From positions 89,360,056 through 89,424,055 of the forward strand of contig NC_068990.1 in assembly GCF_001194135.2 (NCBI RefSeq): DNA of 64,000 nt, given 5' to 3'. Numbering within the stretch: position 1 is the stretch's first letter; each line of letters begins with the position of its first letter. Of this stretch, positions 14,526 to 26,434 are shown piece after piece. The DNA is from Octopus bimaculoides (lineage: Eukaryota). Under the pieces are notes generated by a model, which saw only the letters and a program-made list of their open reading frames with translations, did not search any database and was not told the DNA's origin. A program made the translations under genes and the position numbers.

Positions 14526-17500
14526 TTACTTTTTATATGTAACTTTACATGTGGCAAGATTAGACCAATCTAAATGGTATTTTTCAAATGATATTTTAGC
14601 AGAGGTGTAATAAGATTTATTATTAACTTTCTCTTTTGATTTATCTAAGTAGTTTTCGCTTTTTATGGTGGGTACTTCTATTTTGTTGAAATGTTTACCT
14701 GGAAAACAAAACATAAAAAAAAAGCAAGTAAGAAAGAAAAGATAAAAAGAAGAAAACAAAGCTAATTCAATGTGAACGATATACAAAGCATTGTAATTTA
14801 TTATTACCTACGCCTTACTGAAGGTGGAGGTATTGTTTCAGTTGCGTTTGTTTGTTTGTCTGTCCGTGGACAAGGTATCTCAAGAACCGCTGGATGGATT
14901 TGGATGAAACTTTCAGGGATGTTTGGCCTTGTAACTGGCATGAACTGATTAGATTTTCAGATTGATCTGGAACCAGACAAAGATTCTGGATTATTTTTCC
15001 TGTTTTTTTACTTAATGTTTGAGAGCAGTCAGGTTCATTTTTAGTATTCTCGTTTGTGAGAACAGTCGAGTTTATTTCAGATATTCTCATTTTAAAAATC
15101 ATCTCTGGCTAATCGTTGAGAGGATGTTGGTGTTGCCTTGGCAGAGGTTTGCACTCTCTGAGTGCTCTTGTTTAAAATTTCATTAGATTTCACTCATCCC
15201 TCCCTTTCCAAATGCCAATGATAGTAGCTAAAGGCTATTTATTCAAACATAGACATGCATATGTACAAGCATAGGCACAGGACACATATGCATAAACATG
15301 AACTCATTTACATAGTCTTACAAGAATTTTTAGTTGAATGGATCAATCCCAGGACTTATTTTCTTTCTTCTCTTTTTTGGAAGCCTAGTACTTCATTTCT
15401 CAGTCTCTTTTGCCGAACAGCTTCGTTATGGGGATGTAAGCACACCAGTTGTTGAGCAGCAGTGGGCAACAAACACACACACAAACACACACCACACACA
15501 CACTCAGAGATTTTCATGGAGGTAATGACAAGTGATTGAGACCTTTGTTGTTTTGCTGTGCTTGAGAAGACACATCAAGCCAAGTGAACTTGTAGTCGTG
15601 GCCAGCGCTAGTGACACATAAAAGGCACCCATGCCACTGACATGCAAAAAACACCTACTACACTCTAGGAGTGGTTGGTGTTAGGAAGAGCATCCAGCCA
15701 TTGAAACCAAGCCAAATCAGAAACCAATGTCAGCATGGAAAACAGATGCTAAATGGTGATGATATGTGTTTTTGTGTGATGGGCTTCTTTCAGTTTCCAT
15801 CAATCAAATCCACTCTAAAGGCTTTGGTTGGCCCAAGTCTATGGTAGAAGACACTTCCCCAAGGTGCCACACAGTGGAACTGAACCTGGAACCATGTGGT
15901 TGGGAAGCAAACTTCTTACCACATGTATATTTATTTATTCATAACCCATGCTGTGTAAGTACTGGAATAATAACTGACAGGCTGTACAGTTCACTTGAAT
16001 GGGTCACGAAAATGACACCTTATGTCTCATATATGCATGGAACAACTGCACAAAAAAAAAAAGAAAAGAAAAAACAAAAAAAAACACTAGCTGATACTAG
16101 CTTAGGTCATGAAGAAATGAAGAAATGAAGAACACGGTCTTGTTAAATGGGTTTGAACTCACAACTCTCACATTAAAACTGATGATCTACCAATTGAACC
16201 GTGTTCTATCTTTAGTTTACTCCTTAAATGCAACAGAAATTATCAAGATTTTTGCTGCTCACCTTCAATTGTCTGACTATTCATCACGCAGTCAGTAGCA
16301 ATTTGTTTGTAAGCATGGGGCAGGTATAAAAGCATCTGTTTCGCAGAAGAGTTTACGGCATTCTCCAAAACAGGGTTTGAAAGTAGGTTCTGCAATAACA
16401 AACAGCAAAGCATTGAATGAAAATTTTAAGTTAGATTCTCTGAAAAATTTGCTTGCCATTCAACCTGCAAATTCATAAACCATAACTGGGTCTTCTGGCT
16501 GTTTACCAAAATAGTCTCTCCCATTCTTTTCCCAATCACCTTAGTCACCACTCTTCAATCAAGGAAATTCAATAAACAACACTTCCACTGACAAACTCTT
16601 TGCATTTGCAATCTGTACTCAACAAAATTGGCTCATTTGTAGGTAGTTGTTGGAAGACATGTAGAGTGATGGAAAAGAGTTTGTCACTTTAGTGTAGTTA
16701 GGTTGGTGTTTCACCACACTGAATTCTCATCCACTCATGGCTATTTTAAAACCCAAAATCATTCAAATAAGGACATTCATTCATGAGATTCTAGCTCCAC
16801 TCTGTGTGGTATAAACTGACCTCATATCAAATCAAATGAAACCATTATGGCTTTGGGTTCAATCCCCATCTGAAACCAGCCATGGAAGCCACCAAATTAA
16901 AAAAAAAGGGTCGCATCTACTACACTTTCTTCTCTGACCAACTTATTTAAATAAAAGGAAAATATGAAATGAGACACATTACTTGAACATATAAAAGGAT
17001 GTTTAAAACGTAGAGTCCCTTCTTTTCTATTAAACCAAAATCCAACTGAACCTTTCCATTTGCAGGATCAACTGAAATGAAACATTGGAATCAAGAATTA
17101 ACAACAACAACAACAATCCTTTCTGCTATAAGCACAAGGCCTGAAATTCTGGGGGTGGGGTATAATTGATTATATCAACCCCAGTGCTCAACTGGTACTC
17201 GTTTCATCAACCCAAAAAGGATGAAAAGCAAAGCTGATCTCGATGGAATTTGAACTCAGAATGTAAAGAACAATGAAATATCACTAAGCATTTTTGCCTG
17301 GCATGCTAACGGTTCTGCCAACTCACTGCCTTAGCAATAATTTTGGCACAAGGCCAGCAATTGTGGGAGGGGAGATAAGTCAATTTCACCGACCCCCCAG
17401 TACTCAACTGGTACTTATTTTATCAACCCCAAAGGGATGAAAGGCTAAGTCCATCTAGGCAGATTTTGAATTCAGAATGTAAAGACATACGAAATATCAC

Positions 17501-19893
17501 TGAGCATTTTTCCTTAACGATTCTGCTGGCTTGCTACTTTATCAATAATAACGATAATGATAAATTAATTAATGAAGTGAAATTTGGTTGACAAAGAGAG
17601 AATGGAAGGCCACTGGGAGGACTGTTCCTGTTCTTGGATGGTAGGTTTAATCCATAGCTCAGTTTGATGTCACCTGGTCTGTGGGTGCCTTTAGCAGAGT
17701 CCATTCTGATGTAAACATTTGGATCAGATACCCAGTCTGATAATAACTGTCTCCTTCCCTCCCACCAGTTTCGAAAACACCAAAAAAGGGTCACTGGTGA
17801 CTCCCTTCCCTTTTTGACCAAGTCATTAAGCCCCNNNNNNNNNNNNNNNNNNNNNNNNNNNNNNNNNNNNNNNNNNNNNNNNNNNNNNNNNNNNNNNNNN
17901 GAAAAGATAGCCTTTAGAGCAAGTAACTTGATTACTTACCATTCGGGTGGAATGGTATGGTGCAGAATGAGATTTCAGGTTCCCTTATTGCTTTATTGGG
18001 TGAAAACTGAAGGAATAGAGTGAAAACACCACCTGATAAAGAGAAGGGTTATCAGTATCATTATCATCATCATCACCATCACTTACACCACCACCTCTGC
18101 CAATACCACCACCACCACCGCCACTGCTGCCACCATCATCACCACTGCAGTCACCATCACCACTACCATTATCGTTGTTGCCATAGCTACTGCCACTGCT
18201 ACCACCACCGTCTTTTTTATTAATGCTAGTATGTGGTTTGTCAATCTACTAGAAATAGTAGCCAAATATCAATCTATTATTTAGTTTTTTTTTTTAAAGA
18301 AGACAGACGTATTAGGTAATACAGCCCTAAAAGATGCAATGCCTGGAATAAAGGGGGAATGGTCATGTCTGGAATACCTTGGAATTAGATAAAACACAGC
18401 AGCAGTTGCCACTGCCGTTGCCGCCATCATCATTATATTGATCAGTTATAGTATCATAATTATGACTGTAAGTAACAAGAACACTATAAACATCACCTCA
18501 TTACCATAATTATCATCATCATTGTTATGATCATTATCATATCATCATCATCATCATCACTGCTGCTGGCCACCACCACCATTATCAGCATCAACTCTTT
18601 ATAGTAACCACTATCTTCGTAATTGTCATCGTCATCATAAGAATCCTTACGATCGACAAGAGCACCATCACTATGAAATTCCTTGCTGCTGTCATATTAC
18701 ATGAGGAGGTGAGCAGGAGGCTTTTTCTGGATGGATTTGCAGGCAAATGCACAGGTTTGTGTGGTTTCCAGGGCATTATTACCAAGATCACACCCAACAC
18801 TTAGTAACATCTACGGAAATCTGATACCAATATCCCTCAAGCTAAAGCAGAGGAAACGACTACAATCTGCTGGCCTCTGTCGTCGAGCAGAGAAAGAGGT
18901 TGTCTCATCCCTGCTCCTATGGCATCCCTCTGGAAGTGTTTTCTCCAGGAAACTGACATTTCCAGATCCTATATCTCAGGACTCAAGGATGAAAGGCAAA
19001 GTCAGCCTTGGTGGAATTTGAACTCAGAAAGTAAAGACGGATGAATTGCCACAAAGCATTTTGCCCAGTGTGGTAACGATTCTGCCAGCTCACCACCTTA
19101 TATAACAACAACAACAACAACAACAACAATAATATTTACCATTCCAAAGTGAACTTCTTAAACCTTTTATCTTGGCAACCCAATCAAAAATGTTGTCAGG
19201 AGAAATCAGACTGACTTCAATTCCCTTGAAAGGAAAGAAAACAGAAATTAGTTCTAAAAATTTTATTACCTTCCAATATGTTGATTAAACACCAGTCAAC
19301 TCTCACCCAGCAGACTTATGATCAAAGGCGTTCCAACCATGACCATCCTGTCAGTCAGTAGATATATATTCCCTGGTAGCACCAATGTTGTTTGGCAGTG
19401 TTGGAAGGATATAGCTTTTATTTTTTACTTGTTTCAGTCATTAGATTGTGGCCATGCTGGGGCACCATCTCAAAGAATTTTTAGTCGAATGAATTGATCC
19501 CAGGACTTATTTTTTGTTTAAGCCTGGTATTTGTTCTATTGGCCTCTTAGGCTGAACCACAAAGTCACCAGGATGTAAACACACCAACACCAGTTGTCAA
19601 AGTGGTGGTGGGGAACAAACACAGACAAAAAGAAACACACACACACACACACGACAGGCTTCTTTCAGTTTCTGTCTACCAAACCCCACCTACAAGGATT
19701 TGATTGGCCGGAGGCTATAGTAGAAAACACTTGTCCAAGGTGCCATGCAGTGGGACTGAACTTAGAACCATGTGGTTGGGAAGCAAGCTTCTTACCAAAC
19801 AGCCAAGCCTGTACCTGAAATCATCTCCATGCCGGGAATTGAACCTGGGTCACCTCGATGAAAGCCAGGAAGCCTAAATACTAGACTATATAT

Positions 19894-19954
<61 letters not shown>

Positions 19955-20022
19955 TATGTATNNNNNNNNNNNNNNNNNNNNNNNNNNNNNNNNNNNNNNN
20001 NNNNNNNNNNNNNNNNNNNNNN

Positions 20023-20084
<62 letters not shown>

Positions 20085-21060
20085 CAGCTGTGGCCAAAAG
20101 TTTGGAACATTTGTTTAAAAATTAAAATTGTTATGCCCAAGTACAACACAATTCAAATACATACAACGTGGAGATATACTTACCTAACAATTGATCTGAT
20201 TGTTCAATATCTAGAAGAGAAAATAGGCAAAATCAAAAATATAGTTCTAGACCAAATTGCTTACTTTTAATTTAACTTTAGGCATTTAATATAAAATTCT
20301 AATTTTCAAACCTATGTTCCAAACCTTTGGTCATGACTGTAAATATACATCAAAATATATGTGTATATAATATTCGTTTATGTATTTGTTTTGAAAGATT
20401 CTTGATGTGAATTCATGTGTTGAAACAGATATTGTTGTATTTGTAGATGGTTGTGTTGCCAGTTTAGCCAATGAAAACACACACACTATATTATATTCGG
20501 TGTTCACTTGCTTCAGCTTTATTTCATATTAATCGTATTTCAGCCAGAGTTCTTTCGTCACACTTCTGTGACCTCATAAGTGGTCCTTTGCTTTTTACTT
20601 TCTTTTTTGTCTCCCCTTCCTAATGCTTTGCTATTTTGTATTCCTGTTGTATGTGTCTTTATTTGTGTATGCATATAACCCCCAAATACAACAATATATA
20701 TATATATGGAGATAGATAGATGCATATGTGTGTGTGTGTGCATGTATAGTTTTGGTGATGCAAACAAGAAAATAGAATTCAAATGTTGCATACAGTTGAT
20801 CCAATCAATAGAACAGCCTGCTCATGAAATTAATATACAAGTGGCTTAGCACTCCACAAACATGTGTACCCTAATGTATTTATGAAGTGATCTTCTTAAG
20901 CATGCAGCTGTTACTGAAGAATTAAAATATAGACAAAAAGAAGAAAAAGATACAAGAAATAAATAGAACAAAAGATCAGTTGTGTTTGTGGAATAGTTAC
21001 CCAGGTGGAAAACTTTTGGATAGCACTGAACTCTTTCTCAAGTAATGCACTGGACAACAT
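14526..21060 (-). CDS. UBE2U: UBE2U-like ubiquitin-conjugating (UBC-fold) protein lacking the catalytic cysteine, about 208 aa, 6 coding exons
   Basis: Exons (-): 21060-21001, 19224-19140, 18032-17940, 17071-16983, 16389-16263, 14698-14526, all GT-AG with phases 0,1,1,0,1. Protein MLSSALLEKEFSAIQKFSTWGIEVSLISPDNIFDWVAKIKGLRSSLWNGGVFTLFLQFSPNKAIREPEISFCTIPFHPNVDPANGKVQLDFGLIEKKGLYVLNILLYVQNLLSNPVLENAVNSSAKQMLLYLPHAYKQIATDCVMNSQTIEGKHF..KISFEKYHLDWSNLATCKVTYKK*. TIPFHPNVDP, LSNPVLEN.VN and ISF..Y...WS..AT match my recollection of UBE2U. The 3' end is uncertain (alternative donors at 14549 and about 14529). Confidence 0.85.
14804..15172 (+). mobile_element. Helentron-associated non-autonomous element (HINE/DINE-1-like)
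   Basis: Begins ttattacctacgcc..ggtggaggt followed by (GTTT)n-gtctgtcc and gatggatttggatgaaacttt; ends ttggcagaggtttgcactctctgagtgctcttgtt. This is the typical architecture of the family. Confidence 0.6.
15330..15925 (-). mobile_element. tRNA-derived SINE (family A) interrupted by an RTE-LINE 3' fragment
   Basis: SINE tail 15330-15500 and head 15770-15925 on minus, separated by about 15510-15765 matching the RTE 3' UTR seen at 43620-44080. Confidence 0.6.
17120..17535 (-). mobile_element. Two tandem SINE family B copies
   Basis: Both match the reverse complement of 63719-63932 (gaatttgaactcagaatgtaaag, ccccagtactcaactggtact). Confidence 0.75.
19418..19812 (-). mobile_element. Full-length tRNA-derived SINE (family A)
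   Basis: Colinear with the reverse complement of 44123-44530 (head, CA-rich middle, gactgaaacaagtaaaa tail). Confidence 0.75.
19825..19896 (-). pseudogene. tRNA-Glu(TTC) pseudogene
   Basis: Minus: ACCATATATAGTCTAGTATTTAGGCTTCCTGGCTTTCATCGAGGTGACCCAGGTTCAATTCCCGGCATGGAG. Close to eukaryotic tRNA-Glu with anticodon loop CTTTCAT, but the D-loop GG is lost and the acceptor and anticodon stems have mismatches. Confidence 0.75.
20085..20339. mobile_element. Tc1/mariner-type MITE
   Basis: TIRs cagctgtggccaaaagtttggaaca / tgttccaaacctttggtcatgactg flanked by TA on both sides (20083-84, 20340-41). Confidence 0.85.
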
Positions 21061-21194
21061 TTTGGGAACTGTAGATGTTATCATAAATAATATTGAACTT
21101 TCTTCCTAGTTCATGACAGCAATTTATTAATCATTATTCTTCATATGAGCAGAGTAAAAGGCTGAAATACATAAATAAACAATATATACAAACA

Positions 21195-21225
<31 letters not shown>

Positions 21226-21467
21226 CACACACACACGCACGCACACACACATATATATATCATCATCATCATCATCAGGTGACTCTATGTGTGTTAAGAG
21301 ACTAAAATATGATTGGACAGGAACAGTGGTCTTTCGTATGTCTGTATGTATGCACATGTGTATGTATGTATGTATGTATGCATGTATGCATGTACGTACG
21401 TACGTATATGGCATTAGATAGCTGTATGAAGTGTTTAAATCAATATAAGTACTTGTAAGACATCCAT

Positions 21468-21704
21468 GGTATTACTTCAGAGTGGACCGACGTACGCACA
21501 CGCGCACGCGTCAGTGACACCTACGATAAAAAAAATCCTCCACACGTATAAAGATGTCTAAACTGTAAATTGGGAGGTGGAGGGGGGGGAATTTGTGTAC
21601 TCCCATCATACTCTTGAATCTGCGTTTTGCATTTTTCCAGTAACATTCAATTGAGTTTCAAAATTTGTTTCATTTTCATTCATTCAGTTGGTTGTTTGTT
21701 TTAT

Positions 21705-21747
<43 letters not shown>

Positions 21748-21944
21748 GTAGGTAGGTAGATAGATAAAAATTCCACCCCACCCGATTTACAGTTTACACA
21801 TCTTTATACGTGTGGATGTTTTTTTTTATTTTTTATCGCGGGTGTCACTGACTTGCGTGCGTCCGTCTAGTGACTGACGCGGGTGCGCACGTCCACTGAG
21901 TAGCGCGGGTGCGCGCATCGGGTCCACTCTTTTTAAGTAGTACC
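21468..21944. mobile_element. Non-autonomous DNA transposon with GGTA..TACC termini and an 8-9-bp TSD (Merlin- or MULE-like)
   Basis: Long imperfect TIRs (about 150 bp). Flanks gacatccat (21459-21467) and gacatccac (21945-21953); (GATA)n in the centre. Confidence 0.7.
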
Positions 21945-22345
21945 GACATCCACCATTAATTACACAGTATATAATTGCAAATGGAATCAGGGTTCAAGAA
22001 GAAAGAAATCCGGGTATGATAACTGAGGAATTGGAAAAGGACCCCCAAATCGAGCTGATGTAGATAGGCATTGGAAGAAAAAAGAAAAAAAGACATTTTT
22101 AACCGGGGAATCTCAAAAGGCTTTGCGAAAAAAGTTAAAAGCAGTAAATTAACCGAGGGTGGATTTGAACATTTTGTAAAGACAGTACCCCACCCTACTC
22201 ACCCTAAATAAATAAAAAATGAGTTGGGTGGTTCTTTGACACGTTCGCTTGGCAGTTGAAATATTTCCATTGTCAATTTGTGATTACAAAAGCGAAATAA
22301 TTTATATAAAGACACACTCTACTAAGAGAGAGAAAGAGAGAGGGA

Positions 22346-22349
<4 letters not shown>

Positions 22350-22393
<44 letters not shown>
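22350..22393. repeat. (AG)n microsatellite
   Basis: Direct observation. Confidence 0.95.
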
Positions 22394-22397
<4 letters not shown>

Positions 22398-22469
22398 TTC
22401 CTGCTCATTAATATACCCTGATAGGCATAGTTAATAATTGGAACATAGGCATAAGGCAAACGAACTTAC

Positions 22470-22727
22470 TGACCGAGGACAGGAAAAATTCTTCATTCTT
22501 TTTCTCGTTCGGCGTTAATGTCTGTATGCGAATCTTTCCAATGTCAGTCAGAAAAGATCCATTTATGTTCTGTTCTGTGTTCCGCAAGACAGACCAGGGA
22601 ATCTAAAATGGAGTTTTCAACTCCTGCAATCGGACTTGTTTTGTTGACATTTGGCTTCTATGGCAACACTGTTGTTAACGAGAGAGTGTGTCAAAGGGAG
22701 AGAGAGAGTTCCTCCCCTTCTCGTTGA
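22470..22727 (-). other. Probable 5' UTR exon of the UBE2U-like gene
   Basis: Acceptor tcgtttctctttcggccag| at 22728 and donor GTCA|GTAAGT at 22470/22469. All three frames contain stops. The next exon (21068-21001) has its own acceptor 8 nt before the ATG. Confidence 0.55.
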
Positions 22728-23079
22728 CTGGCCGAAAGAGAAACGACTAAATTTAATGAAACGCTAGCCACTGGAGACACGCATCGAAATTAACATCAAG
22801 CTACTAATATGAGGACCGTGCCTGAACACTGAATGGTGAAAGTAATTCAGAAAATATTATAGAGCTGTGCGGTTAAGTTCGCATCGCAAGCATGTGAATC
22901 CGTATTCGGTTTCACTGAACGGCAAATTCGTCAATATGAATAGAATTTGGTCAACAGAAAATACGCAGAAGCCCATTACACACACACACGCACACGCGTG
23001 CGCACGCACGCACGCACACACCTCTTTCTATCACTCTCTCTTAGTGTGTAAGTTAGTTTACTAGTGTTGTATAGTATAT

Positions 23080-23395
23080 TGTCAGCATGGCTCAATGGTT
23101 GGAGCGTCAGGTTCACAATCATGAGATAGTGAGTTCGATTCCCAGACCTTAATTTTACATTGCTCCAGTTCACTCAGCTGTAGAAATGAGTTGTAACGTC
23201 ACTGGTGCCAAGCTGTATGGACCCCTTTACCTTTCCCTTGGACAACATCGGTGGCATGGAGAGGGGAGGATGATATGCATGGAAGACTCCTGGTCTTCCA
23301 TAAACAACCTTGCTGGGACTTGTGCCTCGGAGGATAACTCTCTAGGTGCAATCCCATGGTCATTTATGATCGAAGAGGTCTTTACCCATTACCCT
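23080..23395 (+). mobile_element. tRNA-derived SINE
   Basis: Head tggctcaatggttggagcgtc..gagttcgattcc (A and B boxes), body with cagctgtagaaatgagt, short repeat tail ttacccattaccc. Confidence 0.7.
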
Positions 23396-24272
23396 AATTT
23401 AATCGACAAACACAGATCATCTGCAAAATAAATGCCAGATCGAAAATTAGTGTGATCGATACGAACAGGCTGTATTGGAATCACTTTTATTCTCTTGTGG
23501 GAATTAATCAGAAACTTTATGCCATTTTGTTAGAATGCAAAAGTCACCAATTTGAGACAGAGGACATTTTCAAAATTGTCTTGAAAAGTCAACCAAAGTT
23601 GAAGGTGCCATTTATTTTCAGGGATCGACCAACCATCATTAAGATCCTTCAATTTATGGAGGCTGCAAAAAGATATGAGAAACATTTCACTATTAGTCGT
23701 GTTTTCTTTCTCCATCTTTCTCCTTTCTCGTTTTTTTTTGTGCTTTTATTTTTAGTTCATTGTTTTGTATAACTAAATAAATAAAAACCCTTTTTCCTTT
23801 TATCCACAGAGAGAAACGTTTCATGTTATGGAATTTGAGATTAAAAGATTTCCAAGAGTTTCGTAACGTGAGGGTGGTCCATAGTGTGAAGACAAGTCAC
23901 GTGATTGTTTGCTTTTTAGCAGACGATACACGGCCTGACGATTTGATACAATCGTCAACCATCAAGAGTAAATGTGCTAAAACAAAACAAACGAATATGA
24001 AAAAACATACATATACATACTTTCGTGTTTGTTGGTAATTAGTTGAAAGTATAACTTCCTCTCTCGAATCATTTGTTTTCATATTCGTTTTCTACACGTT
24101 TTTTTTTTTTTTTTACACCGATTAGACTATTTTTTGTTTTCGTTTTTGTGACCGGGTGCTAAACTAGACCCTGAAAGTTACGAGGGAAAAAAATGGATCG
24201 AGTGAATTTTCTTCCAATCCCTTCGAAAAAATAGTGTAATAGGTGTAAAACAACTTGCTGTAAACGAATATG

Positions 24273-24305
<33 letters not shown>

Positions 24306-25383
24306 GTGAGCGGATGTTTTTAGCAAAACGATTAACGAATAAGAGAAATAAAATTCTTTGGCGAGACTTTTGTGTTATAGATAACAGACAAAATAAATCT
24401 GACTGAAGAAGTTGCTGCGAATTTGCTCTCCAAAATGAGAATAAACGAAAGAATTTCAGCATATTCCGACTGATTGGGCGGTAAATTAAGTTAAATAATA
24501 AAGCTTTATACTCTTGAATGGCATCTAATAACCGATAATTGAATGATCCCTACAAATTTTAATCAATACTTTCCAAATCCCTGAGGCGTGAAATAATACA
24601 GATGACGGTAGCACAGAAATGAATTATTTTTCCGTGCTTCGAGTTTTGGTTGATATCATTTGTCAGTAATCGCTACTTTGACTGCTTGACTGGCAGACAC
24701 GTTAGTATATTACATCACCGTATCTAGTTATAACACTACGTGCCGAGTTCAAATCCCGCAGAGGAGGATATGGTTGATCAACTCAGTACTTGTCTGGTAC
24801 TTTGTTTAACCGGCCTCAGAATTAGACACAAGGCTACAGACTTTTGGGAAGGATATTGTCAATGAAATCCAATCTGCTTGATTGTAGGTACAACCGAAAG
24901 GGAATATCACAGTATAATCAAATATCAGTTATGGGAGCCATAATAATACTGATTCCTAACATTGGCACAGAACCACACATTTAAAGGACGGGTGTAGTCT
25001 ATTAAACCGATCTAGTATTTGATGGATGTTTTATTTTGCCTTGCCTTGTGCTCTCAACTTATTGATGGAGTCGTCGGAACGCTGTTGTAATATACGGCGT
25101 GACTGAGCATTTTTAGACCTGACGGGGACCATCCCACTCCAGATCTGAGCACAGCCGATTTCTTCTAGAAAGAGAGAAATGCGGACAGAAAAAATGAAAA
25201 AAATAAGAGTACAGGAGTGGTACCCCATTTTATCGATCTCTGGGAGATGAGAAGCAAATTCAATTTCAGCAGGATCAGAACGAAAAATGACGTAATACCT
25301 GTTACATAATATAATAATAATAATAATAATAATAATCCCTGAGAACAAATAAGACGTTATAAAATATAAAGCAAAATTATATA

Positions 25384-25815
25384 NNNNNNNNNNNNNNNNN
25401 NNNNNNNNNNNNNNNNNNNNNNNNNNNNNNNNNNNNNNNNNNNNNNNNNNNNNNNNNNNNNNNNNNNNNNNNNNNNNNNNNNNNNNNNNNNNNNNNNNNN
25501 NNNNNNNNNNNNNNNNNNNNNNNNNNNNNNNNNNNNNNNNNNNNNNNNNNNNNNNNNNNNNNNNNNNNNNNNNNNNNNNNNNNNNNNNNNNNNNNNNNNN
25601 NNNNNNNNNNNNNNNNNNNNNNNNNNNNNNNNNNNNNNNNNNNNNNNNNNNNNNNNNNNNNNNNNNNNNNNNNNNNNNNNNNNNNNNNNNNNNNNNNNNN
25701 NNNNNNNNNNNNNNNNNNNNNNNNNNNNNNNNNNNNNNNNNNNNNNNNNNNNNNNNNNNNNNNNNNNNNNNNNNNNNNNNNNNNNNNNNNNNNNNNNNNN
25801 NNNNNNNNNNNNNNN
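25384..25815. other. Assembly gap between the UBE2U-like and ZGLP1-like genes (other gaps include 17835-17900, 56011-56251, 60754-60988)
   Basis: Run of N. Confidence 1.
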
Positions 25816-26434
25816 ATATATATATATATAAAAACTTGGACCTCTACCTCCAGAAAAGTTTATTAGCTCAAGAAAGTAATAAATAGTACTGATTTTTTTT
25901 TTATATTGACACAAAGCCAAAGGTTTGGGGGCAATGGGGTCGATTTAATCGACCTCAGTATTTGTCTGGGTATACCGACGCTGACAATAAATAATATTAA
26001 AAAACAAAAACAACAACCATAATAACAATTATGATAGTAATAAATTTTATACCATAAGTATATGCCGCAAAATTTAGAGAAAGATGTTAATCGATTACAT
26101 CGACTCCAATTCTTGACTAGTACTTTATTTTTACCGACCCTGAAAGATAAAAGGTAAAAATGGCCTCGGCGGGATTTGAACTCAAGAGCCGAAGCAACAA
26201 TTTTAATAATAATTTTTATTATTTTGTAAGAAATTATTGTTATATTTTAGAAATCCTTCTTTTCTTCAACATAATTATTATGGTGATTATTATTATTATT
26301 ATCGAAAAAAATTAAAATGCAAATAATAATTCGTAATAATCCGTGATTGTCGGTAGAGAGCCGTCTTGTCATTTGCATATGAATCCCCGATTCTATGGGA
26401 AGACGTTTATAATGGTTCAGAAGCTTCTTTCGAA

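Noticed and set aside
17046-17048. Rescue of the missing catalytic Cys by RNA editing, selenocysteine or a sequencing error
   Set aside because: CAG edits only to CGG (Arg), is not UGA, and differs from both Cys codons at all three positions.
18020-18265. His-rich / Val-rich ORFs
   Set aside because: Translation of (CAT/CAC)n low-complexity sequence.
23452-24038. Protein-like ORFs (106 aa and 71 aa) as extra coding exons
   Set aside because: No family motif was recognised and no phase-consistent donor links them to the ZGLP1-like frame. They are kept only as possible UTR sequence.
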